Shown in pieces: positions 48,562 to 56,892 of a stretch of DNA of 64,000 bases. The position numbers and the translations under genes are program-made. The notes beneath the pieces are model-generated. The model searched no databases and was not told the origin of the DNA. It saw only the letters and a program-made list of their open reading frames with translations. Position 1 is the first letter of the stretch; each line of letters opens with the position of its first letter. Source of the stretch: Verrucomicrobiia bacterium (lineage in GTDB: Bacteria; Verrucomicrobiota; Verrucomicrobiia; Limisphaerales; UBA1319); contig OY760937.1 of assembly GCA_963664225.1 (NCBI GenBank), forward strand, positions 1,568,001 through 1,632,000, read 5' to 3'.

Positions 48562-50217
48562 TTGAAATTCATGATGCTGAATAAAATCAAATTAAACGTG
48601 CTGGTCGGGAAGAGTGTATTGGCCCGGCTTGCCGGTATTCTCTTGATGGCCCTCGTCCTCGCCTCCGTCGCGTCTCATCCCCTTGCGGCGGAACAGGCGC
48701 ATCCTGCCCATAATCCCATTACCTGGGCCGATGTTCCGGACATCGCAATGATCCGTGTAGGAAAAACCTATTACATGAGCAGCACGACGATGCACATGAG
48801 CCCGGGCCTCCCGATCATGAAGTCGGCGGACCTGGTCAACTGGAGTATGGCCTCCTACGCCTATGAAACCCTCGCCGACAACGAAGCCCTCCGCCTCGAA
48901 AACGGCAAAAACGCCTACGGTCAGGGCTCCTGGGCCAGCAGCCTGCGTTTCCACGACGGCGTATTCTATGCCTCGACTTTCTCCGCCACCAGCGGACGCA
49001 CTCACATCTACAGCACGCGCGATCCGGAGCGCGGCCCGTGGAAAGCGACGAGTTTCGAGCCCTTGCTGGGTGACCACAGCCTGTTTTTCGACGACGATGG
49101 TCGCGTTTACATGGTTTACGGGGGCGGTCGCATCAGGCTCACCGAGCTGCAACCCGATCTCTCCGGAATCAAGCCCGGTGGCGTGAACAAGGTCATCGTC
49201 GAAAACGTCAACGCCCTCTTCGGCGCCGACCAGGGTGGGCTCAAGGGCGAGGGCTCGCAGCTTTTCAAGATCAATGGCCGCTACTACCTCTTCAACATCG
49301 CCTCGCCCGGGAGCCGCTGGGCGCGCACCGTCATCGTCCACCGCGCCGACTCAATCAACGGTCCCTACGAGGGTCGCATCGCGCTCGATGATCGCGGTAT
49401 CGCCCAGGGCGGCCTCATCGACACCCCGGAAGGCAAATGGTATGCCTATCTTTTCAAGGACAACGACGCCGTCGGTCGCATCCCCTACCTCGTGCCGGTG
49501 ACTTGGAAGGACGGCTGGCCCGTTCTCGGTGAAAACGGCAAGGCGCCCATGACGCTCGACATCCCCGCCGGCGGACAAGGCGTCTCCGGTGTCTCCGGCA
49601 TCGTCGCCTCTGACGAATTCGACCGCGAGCCCGGCACCCTCGACCTGCCCCTCGCCTGGCAATGGAATCACAATCCCGAGTCTCGTTTCTGGTCGCTCGC
49701 CAAGCGCCCGGGGTACCTGAGCTTCGTCACCAGCCGGATCGTTTCCACTCTGCCCGAGGCCCCGAATACTCTCACCCAGCGCACCTTTGGCCCTCGCAGT
49801 TCCGCCACCACCAGCATCGACGTGAGCGGCATGAAGGACGGCGACTACGCCGGCATCGCCGCATTTCAGAAACGCTATGGTTTTGTGGGCGTAAAGATGA
49901 GCGACGGCGCCAGATCTCTCGTCATGGTGAGTGCCGACTCCGACAAACCCGAGGAAATCGCCTCCGTTCCCCTCACTGGCAAAACAGTTCACCTCAAGGT
50001 CGAATGCGAATTTCAGCCCGCGCCTGAAGTCGCGCACTTCTCCTACAGCCTCGACGGCAAATCCTGGACACCCCTCGGTCGTCCCTCGCGCCTTTCCTAC
50101 ACCGTGCCGCACTTCATGGGTTATCGCTTCGCCCTCTTCTATTATTCGACCAAGACTCCCGGCGGCCGTGTGGACTTTGACTACTACCGAGTCGGGCAAA
50201 GCGGCGACTCACTCTGA
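48562..50217 (+). CDS. Glycoside hydrolase family 43 with C-terminal ConA-like domain (beta-xylosidase/arabinofuranosidase type)
   Basis: Signal peptide, NPI.WADVPD, S.DLVNW, DHSLFFDDDG, GEGSQ, WQWNHNP, HFMGYR. Confidence 0.92.
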   Translation: MKFMMLNKIKLNVLVGKSVLARLAGILLMALVLASVASHPLAAEQAHPAHNPITWADVPDIAMIRVGKTYYMSSTTMHMSPGLPIMKSADLVNWSMASYAYETLADNEALRLENGKNAYGQGSWASSLRFHDGVFYASTFSATSGRTHIYSTRDPERGPWKATSFEPLLGDHSLFFDDDGRVYMVYGGGRIRLTELQPDLSGIKPGGVNKVIVENVNALFGADQGGLKGEGSQLFKINGRYYLFNIASPGSRWARTVIVHRADSINGPYEGRIALDDRGIAQGGLIDTPEGKWYAYLFKDNDAVGRIPYLVPVTWKDGWPVLGENGKAPMTLDIPAGGQGVSGVSGIVASDEFDREPGTLDLPLAWQWNHNPESRFWSLAKRPGYLSFVTSRIVSTLPEAPNTLTQRTFGPRSSATTSIDVSGMKDGDYAGIAAFQKRYGFVGVKMSDGARSLVMVSADSDKPEEIASVPLTGKTVHLKVECEFQPAPEVAHFSYSLDGKSWTPLGRPSRLSYTVPHFMGYRFALFYYSTKTPGGRVDFDYYRVGQSGDSL

Positions 50218-50336
50218 CCTTCGCCTTTCCTTTTCAAGGGTCGTGGAAGGGTCTGGAAGAGTTGGTCCGACAAACGACAATTTGGAATGGATTTGCGGAA
50301 TGTCGCTGCAGTGAATTTGGTGGGGGTATATCGGCA

Positions 50337-50495
50337 CGACAATGACCACCAGGGTATCACCGAAGCCCGCATTGACCTCCACCTCGATGGGATAGGCGTC
50401 AATACCGGCCAGCGCCGCCGAACAAACCTTGGCCAACATGGAAACGATTTATGCGCAAACCCGCGCCTTTGCGCAATGGAATAATGGCGCAGGCC
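50337..50495 (-). pseudogene. comM: Third comM 5' fragment (about 34 codons, ATG 50439) with upstream promoter region
   Basis: [34 protein letters not shown] identical to the 44910 copy; about 55 bp upstream also near-identical. Confidence 0.9.
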
Positions 50496-50605
50496 TTCTC
50501 CCATTTCGCGGTTTAAAAATCCGCGTTCCTCTGCAGTCCGGCAATCATCCCGCTTAATCCTGTCATCCTGTCTCATTTTCTTCGCGGCTTCACGTGCGTC
50601 CGTCC

Positions 50606-51331
50606 CTACCCGCCACACCCCAAATCCACCACATGCGCGCCCGGAACCTTCGCATCAATGATCCACCGCGCTAGATTCGTCCAACGCGAACACCGATCCA
50701 GTATCACGCTATCCGAAGTGGCGACGCCATGACTCGTCTCACACAAAACCTTGTCGGGGCTGAAAACCAATTCCACCTCCCAGTGCCAGCCCATGCGCCC
50801 CGCCAAATCTAGGAGAACGCGCTTGAGCCGACCGCTGTTGGACACCGGGCTGTCCAGCCACCAGCGGCACGTGGCAATTTCCCACGCGGCCAGAGTTTCA
50901 CCCAGCATACGCAAGGCGGGCATGGTTTCTTCCACCGGTCGATATCCGCCGTGCGTGCCAGCCATATCCCGATAACACCCATCGCGCCCCCGCAGGATCA
51001 CCCCGCCAGCCATCGCGGACTCAAGGATGTTCAGGATATTATAGCCATCCAGCCAGAGCTCGCCGTTGCGGATTTGCGCGGGCGCAACCTCATGCTGCTG
51101 ACGCCGCAGCAACATTGCATCCGAACAGACACAGCGGCCCACTGCAATCCGCTGCCGACGTATCAGCTCGTAGCGATTGCCCACCAATTCCAGCGAAGAA
51201 GCCAGCGCATAACCGTGATTCAGCAGCCAGCATAAATCCCCCGCCGCCTGGCGCATGACGCCACAGGCTTCCGGGGCGAATAGCCGGGCATCCTCCGGGT
51301 CCGGCCCGCGATGTCGCCGTTTTTCGGGCAT
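50606..51331 (-). CDS. DUF434 domain protein (PIN-like)
   Basis: HRGPDPED, DL.WLL..GY, LVGNRY.L, LDGYN, DG.YRD.AG, PVSNSGRL, TSDSVILD. Confidence 0.8.
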   Translation of the reverse strand: MPEKRRHRGPDPEDARLFAPEACGVMRQAAGDLCWLLNHGYALASSLELVGNRYELIRRQRIAVGRCVCSDAMLLRRQQHEVAPAQIRNGELWLDGYNILNILESAMAGGVILRGRDGCYRDMAGTHGGYRPVEETMPALRMLGETLAAWEIATCRWWLDSPVSNSGRLKRVLLDLAGRMGWHWEVELVFSPDKVLCETSHGVATSDSVILDRCSRWTNLARWIIDAKVPGAHVVDLGCGG

Positions 51332-51491
51332 GCCCCAATCTGCACCCGCCGTGCCTGCGGCGAAAAGAATTTTTCCCGGTCCCGGGCGGGAGCCCACTCG
51401 CACGCGACATTCAGGACAATCTCTTTTTCCCTGTTTGTGCCTCAGTGCCTTTGGGGTCCATTTCTTTCCCGATACTGGGCAACAGCCCGCC

Positions 51492-52715
51492 TCATTCCAA
51501 GGTCGCCTTCTGCTCGGTCTGGATGAATTCCTCGTTGTCCTCGTAGGCGGTCCTTCTGGAACCCGTCGCGCGGATGATATACCCGGACACCAGCCCGCCC
51601 GTCAGCGCCAGGACAAGCGTCGTGCCGATTCCAACCAGTTGAGCCTTTGCGATGCCTGGAACAACCAGCACCGCCACCAGTCCGCCGAAGAGTCCCGGCA
51701 TTCCGTGCAGGTTATGCACTCCGCAGGTGTCCACAATGCGAAACGTGTTTTTGATTTTGCCCTGCACCACCGCGTAGCCAAAAACACACAGCAGCCCCGC
51801 CAGCGCTCCGATCCCCAGAGCCGTGGGGGCGCTGACCATGTTGCAGGTGGCGCCAATCGAAACACCGCCCGCCAGCGCCGCATTGGCGATGTCGCCGATC
51901 ATGACCTTGCCTTTATTAAACACCGCGCTGAAAACGCAGGTGGAGATCGTGGCCCCGCACAAGGCGAAAACAGTGTTCACGGCCGTGGCGGCCACTTGTT
52001 CCGGCGGAACAACCGCGCAGCAAAAGCTCGGCCAGAACAACCAGAGCACCATGGAGCCAATCATGGAAAAACGATTCGAGGTGGCGTCGCCGGGTATTTC
52101 CTTTTCCAGGTGGTTCGCCTGCGTCAACGCCACGGCCAGTCCCAGTCCAAAATAGGCCCCAAACGCATGAATGATGATCGATCCGGCGGAATCCACAAAA
52201 CCCCTGGTGATGCCCAACCCCCCGTCCAGCACCAGCCACTCGTTGAGCATATAGAACGGCACAAGCAACAACGCCAGCAGCCCGTATTGATGCAGCCGCA
52301 CCCGTCCCAGCACCGCCCCGGTCGCGATCAACGCCGAGGCCACGGCAAATTCAGCCAGCAGCAAGCCCTTGATGCTCTGCATCGGCACCACTTCCGCCGT
52401 CAGCACCCCCATCGACCTCAGAATAAAATAGACCGGCAATCCCACCGACGTCACCAGAAACGTGCCCGTCGTGGCGCTGTATCCGTAGTTCCTCACGAAC
52501 ACCATGAGAAAACCGAACCCGACCAGCAGCATGGCCAGGATGTGAATCGCAAAATTGTATTGCTGCACCTCGCGCAACGCCGTGGCCGCGCTGACCGCCG
52601 CCGGGGCCTCAGCCATTCCAAGAACGGGCATCAGCAGCAGGCCTGTCAGGACGCACTTACTCAGCCTGTTAAAATTGGACCTTCTGGCGGGTTGAGAAGC
52701 GGGATTTATGTCCAT
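51492..52715 (-). CDS. Ammonium transporter, Rh50 (Rhesus) type
   Basis: ILAMLLVGFGFLM, DSAGSIIIHAFGAYFGL, LWLFWPSF, DTCGVHNLHG, Rh-specific motifs. Confidence 0.9.
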   Translation of the reverse strand: MDINPASQPARRSNFNRLSKCVLTGLLLMPVLGMAEAPAAVSAATALREVQQYNFAIHILAMLLVGFGFLMVFVRNYGYSATTGTFLVTSVGLPVYFILRSMGVLTAEVVPMQSIKGLLLAEFAVASALIATGAVLGRVRLHQYGLLALLLVPFYMLNEWLVLDGGLGITRGFVDSAGSIIIHAFGAYFGLGLAVALTQANHLEKEIPGDATSNRFSMIGSMVLWLFWPSFCCAVVPPEQVAATAVNTVFALCGATISTCVFSAVFNKGKVMIGDIANAALAGGVSIGATCNMVSAPTALGIGALAGLLCVFGYAVVQGKIKNTFRIVDTCGVHNLHGMPGLFGGLVAVLVVPGIAKAQLVGIGTTLVLALTGGLVSGYIIRATGSRRTAYEDNEEFIQTEQKATLE

Positions 52716-52947
52716 GCAATGGAATGGGGTGGAGCTGCGCCGAAACACGCCACAGTTCGTGGTGCGGCGATGCAGCCTGGATTTTGTGAATGCGGTAATG
52801 AGCTGTGAGTTTTCATATCCACCGCACAAAGTCAAGCCCAGCCTGCGCTGAATGGAATATCAAAAAGAAGCAATAAGGCAAAAAATAACAAGGACGTTGC
52901 TTTTTTTCTTGCATGTAAACGGCATGTTCATCTTAGATGAAACCATC

Positions 52948-54588
52948 ATGGCTGCAAAGACTCGTTTTGTTAATTTGGACGCAATGATTCCGAGGGCTGA
53001 CTTTGCCTTAGAACCAAACAACTCCGTAAGCGGCAACACAAGTTTCCATTCAATTTCTGTGAAAGATTTGCAGACAGGAGGCCTGATCCGCCCCACTCTT
53101 CGCAAACCAGACTTCCAGAGGGAAACAAATCATTGGTCACCAGAACAGGTAGTTTCCTTGCTCGAGTGCTTTTTCAATGGTGACCTGATTCCATCGGTCA
53201 TCGTCTGGAAATCGCCAACATATCTTTTTGTCATAGACGGAGGGCATCGGCTAAGCGCGATCAGGGCATGGATTGAGGATGACTATGGCGACGGACCAGT
53301 GTCTCGTTCATTCTTTGGCGACGCAATTTCGAAAGAGCAAAAAGCCACTGCTGCAAAAACCCGCGATTTAATTGCGAAAGGAATCGGAAAGTGGCAGCAC
53401 ATCCAGTCGAGTATGGAAAATCCTAGTCTGGATGATACAGAACGCCGACGGATTTTGCCAGTTGTATCGCGAGCAATCCCAGTCCAATGGGTTGAGGGTA
53501 ATGCGGAAAAGGCTGAAGCCTCTTTCTTCAAAATTAACACACAAGGCACTGCACTGGACGATATTGAGGAACTCTTGCTTTCCAACAGAAGGAAACCAAT
53601 TGCTATAGCGTCTCGAGCCGTGATTCGAGCAGGAATGGGACATCGCTACTGGTCACGTTTTTCACATCCCGTCCCTGAACAAATTGAGGAATTGGCGAAG
53701 AAAATTCATTCTACACTCTTCCAACCAGAGGCCGAAACACCGACTAAAACCTTAGACCTTCCGCTTGGTGGCCCAACAGGGGTGCGCGCCGCGCTACAAA
53801 TACTAATTGAGTGTGCTCTTGCTGCCAACAGGGACCAAAGCGGCAATCCGAAGAAACTGAAGGATCAAGCAGACGACGATACCGGTGATGCAACCAAAGA
53901 GACCCTTTCTCGCATGCTTGGTTTGGCACATCGGATGACTGGCAATGACAAGGGAAGCCTGGGACTTTATCCAGCAATATATTTTTATGGTCCAACAGGA
54001 CGCCACCTAAGTCCCATGTTTCTAGGCGTTGTTCTATTGCTAAGCCGGAAGATGATCAATAACGATAAGGCCTTTTTCTCGAATTTCACAAACGTTCGCG
54101 GCAAGCTCGAGAATATTCTGATAGAGCACAAAGATCTCATCGCTACAATCCTCCAAAAGACAATCAGCAGCAAGCGAGTCGTCACCTACGCAGATTTGCT
54201 AAATACCCTTGTCGAGAAACTAAACGCCGATGCTTGCGGGGTAATAAAGGAGTCGGATCTTGTTTCTTTTGCGGGGCTAAATGGCAAAATCATTACAGGG
54301 ACCTCAGAAGACGTCAGCGCAAGATTCTCTGATGATATAAAGAGTGCGGTGTTTATCAAAACCGCACTAAAATCAGCAATCAAATGTCCTATTTGCGATG
54401 GTTATTTAGACACAACAAAGTCTGTCTCTTACGATCACATTACCGAAAAGGCTATAGGTGGTAAGGGAGACGAACAGAATTGTCAGCTGACACACCCGTA
54501 TTGCAATCAGTCTGTCAAAAATGGAGTCTTTCAGGCTGCCATCCCATTCCATCTTGAACAGCCCGTGTCCTCGGTGGAAGATGTTTAA
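52948..54588 (+). CDS. DUF262 (GmrS/ParB-like) plus C-terminal HNH nuclease; putative defence protein
   Basis: KPDFQR...W, VIDGGHRL, FFKINTQG; CPIC...DHI...GG....NCQLTHPYCN; AT-richer than flanks. Confidence 0.85.
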   Translation: MAAKTRFVNLDAMIPRADFALEPNNSVSGNTSFHSISVKDLQTGGLIRPTLRKPDFQRETNHWSPEQVVSLLECFFNGDLIPSVIVWKSPTYLFVIDGGHRLSAIRAWIEDDYGDGPVSRSFFGDAISKEQKATAAKTRDLIAKGIGKWQHIQSSMENPSLDDTERRRILPVVSRAIPVQWVEGNAEKAEASFFKINTQGTALDDIEELLLSNRRKPIAIASRAVIRAGMGHRYWSRFSHPVPEQIEELAKKIHSTLFQPEAETPTKTLDLPLGGPTGVRAALQILIECALAANRDQSGNPKKLKDQADDDTGDATKETLSRMLGLAHRMTGNDKGSLGLYPAIYFYGPTGRHLSPMFLGVVLLLSRKMINNDKAFFSNFTNVRGKLENILIEHKDLIATILQKTISSKRVVTYADLLNTLVEKLNADACGVIKESDLVSFAGLNGKIITGTSEDVSARFSDDIKSAVFIKTALKSAIKCPICDGYLDTTKSVSYDHITEKAIGGKGDEQNCQLTHPYCNQSVKNGVFQAAIPFHLEQPVSSVEDV

Positions 54589-54732
54589 ATGGGTGATGTC
54601 GTCTTCTGCATCAAGACAATTTAATTAGCGGTTTAACCTTTGCATGCCATGGCGGGCTGATGCTCAATTGCACTGCATACAATTGATAATTTGACAATGG
54701 CCCCATCGAATTCGATATTTAGCAAGGATTTT

Positions 54733-55383
54733 ATGAAAAGGCCATTCCAAACAGCACTCATTCCCGCCGTCTTGTGTCTGATTCTGATCACCGGCTGCCG
54801 CAGCACCTATTACGCCGCCTACGAGAAGGTCGGCGTCTATAAGCGCGATCTGCTCAAGAAGGATGTCCAGAAAGCCCGGGACGACCAGGCCGACGCCCAG
54901 CAGCAGTTCAAGGACGCCATGACCCGTCTCAAGGAAATCACCAAGTTCGATGGCGGCGACCTGGAAAAACGCTACAACGCGCTCAAGGACGACTACAACG
55001 GGTGCGTCACCCGTGTCGATAGCGTGCACAAGCGCGTCAAGGAGGTCGAAACGGTGTCCACCGACCTCTTCGCCGAATGGGAGAAGGAGATTCAGCAAAT
55101 CGGCACTCCGTCCTTGCGCGACGCCAGTCGTCAGCAGCTCACCTCCACCCGCCAGAAATACGACGAACTCCACGCCGCCCTCAAGCGCGCGGAAGAGAGC
55201 ATGGATCCCGTCCTCCGTCAGTTCAACGATTACGTGCTCTACCTCAAGCACAGCCTGAACGCCGAGGCCATCGCTTCATTGAAGGGCGAAACCGCCAGCA
55301 TCCAGGCGGAGATTTCCAAGCTGATCGAACAGATGAACACCTCGATTCAGCACGCGGACGAGTTCGTCAAATCCATGAAGTGA
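54733..55383 (+). CDS. DUF2959 family lipoprotein
   Basis: LITGC lipobox, YY..YEKVG..KRD, LFAEWEKE, VLYLKH.LNA. Confidence 0.85.
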   Translation: MKRPFQTALIPAVLCLILITGCRSTYYAAYEKVGVYKRDLLKKDVQKARDDQADAQQQFKDAMTRLKEITKFDGGDLEKRYNALKDDYNGCVTRVDSVHKRVKEVETVSTDLFAEWEKEIQQIGTPSLRDASRQQLTSTRQKYDELHAALKRAEESMDPVLRQFNDYVLYLKHSLNAEAIASLKGETASIQAEISKLIEQMNTSIQHADEFVKSMK

Positions 55384-55394
55384 TCGGCATCCGA

Positions 55395-56780
55395 TCAGCG
55401 GATCGGTGCGCCTGGATTCCGCACGTCCAGGCACTTCATTTGATTCTGGTCGCGCACGATCAATTTTCCATCAGATAGCGCCAGCGGAGCCCAGACGTTG
55501 CCGTGCTTCGCCTCCAGCACCTTGGCGCTCCCCAACACCTTCGCGCCGGCATCGGAAAGCCCGAGCATATAAAGCACCCCCGTTCTGCCGTGCAGCACGA
55601 ACGCCAGATCGTCCGCGATCAGATAACCTCCAGAATCGAATTGCAGATCCACGCCCGTCTGCCATAGCGGCTGACCGTCCAGGCCCAGACAAACCAGGCC
55701 GTTCTGGTTGCCCCCCTGATCCTTGAAGCACGTGAGATAAATCCGACCCTTATAGAGCACCGGCGACTGCAGCTTCGGCGTCGCCTTCGGATTGTGCGTC
55801 AGCAGTTTGACGCCCCATTGCTCCCCTGTGTGCGACGCCTGCAAAATGAACGAGCCCATATTGTATCCGCCGGTGATGAACAGCCGGTCCTCTCCAATCT
55901 GCACCGGCTGCGGAATCGGAATTTTGTGCGGCTTGGGACTCTGCGTTTTCCATAGAATCGCGCCCGTGCCCGGATCGACCGAGGTGATATTGGACCGCGG
56001 CGCGTCATCCGGCGACTTCTCAGGATCGCTCGGCTGGGCCAGCATGATCACCTGGTCCACGCCGCACAAAGTCGCCAGGTAGGGACTGACATGGCTGTAC
56101 CAGTTGCGCCCGATATACTCCGAGCGCCACCGGATTTTCCCCGTCGCCTTTTCGTAGGCCACCAGGCCGACCTTCTGCGTCTGCGGAGCAACAATGACGA
56201 GATCACGGTAAAGCAGCGGCGCCTGCGTGATGCCCCACATGGGAACCTGCGTGCGCCGCAGTGTATCCTCCCGGTTCGTCGGCGCCTGGCTGATGTCGAT
56301 GGCCGGATCCTTGAAATCATTCACCAGATGCCTGCTCCACACAATCGCATGCGTCTTCCGGTCAATGCACTGAAACTCGCCCAACGGACCCGCCACAAAC
56401 ACAAACTTCTCATCCACCGTCGGAATCGACCTCGAACCATTCTCCGCATACTTCCCCGGCGCATCCCAGGCCACCTTCCAAAGCTCCCGCCCGCTCGCCA
56501 ACTCCAGGCACCGCAGCACATCCTGCGTATCCGGCACCCGATCCACCAGATACACCTCCCCGTCCCGGATGGCCGGTCCGGCATAACCCTCGCCCACATC
56601 CACCGTCCACAAAACCCGCGGCCCCTCCGCAGCCCACGCATGCGCCAGATTCGCCTCCAGCGACGCCCCCGTGCAATTCGGCCCCCCATACCTCGGCCAG
56701 TCGGCGGCCTGACACACCGCGGCAGCCCACATGCAAACGATCACAGCAAATCGGTTTAATTGCTTTTCACGGAAAATCAT
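55395..56780 (-). CDS. PQQ-binding-like beta-propeller exported protein
   Basis: Signal peptide, DWP.YGGP, repeated LxxxxGxxxW blades. Confidence 0.85.
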   Translation of the reverse strand: MIFREKQLNRFAVIVCMWAAAVCQAADWPRYGGPNCTGASLEANLAHAWAAEGPRVLWTVDVGEGYAGPAIRDGEVYLVDRVPDTQDVLRCLELASGRELWKVAWDAPGKYAENGSRSIPTVDEKFVFVAGPLGEFQCIDRKTHAIVWSRHLVNDFKDPAIDISQAPTNREDTLRRTQVPMWGITQAPLLYRDLVIVAPQTQKVGLVAYEKATGKIRWRSEYIGRNWYSHVSPYLATLCGVDQVIMLAQPSDPEKSPDDAPRSNITSVDPGTGAILWKTQSPKPHKIPIPQPVQIGEDRLFITGGYNMGSFILQASHTGEQWGVKLLTHNPKATPKLQSPVLYKGRIYLTCFKDQGGNQNGLVCLGLDGQPLWQTGVDLQFDSGGYLIADDLAFVLHGRTGVLYMLGLSDAGAKVLGSAKVLEAKHGNVWAPLALSDGKLIVRDQNQMKCLDVRNPGAPIR

Positions 56781-56892
56781 CCATGAAGAAAACAGTCTTT
56801 TTGAATCGGGGGCAAATGAAATTCAATCCTCCGCTCCCCATCCTGTCCATCCTGTTAATTCTGTCCACCCATGTAAATTTCCAGTCCCGCCA

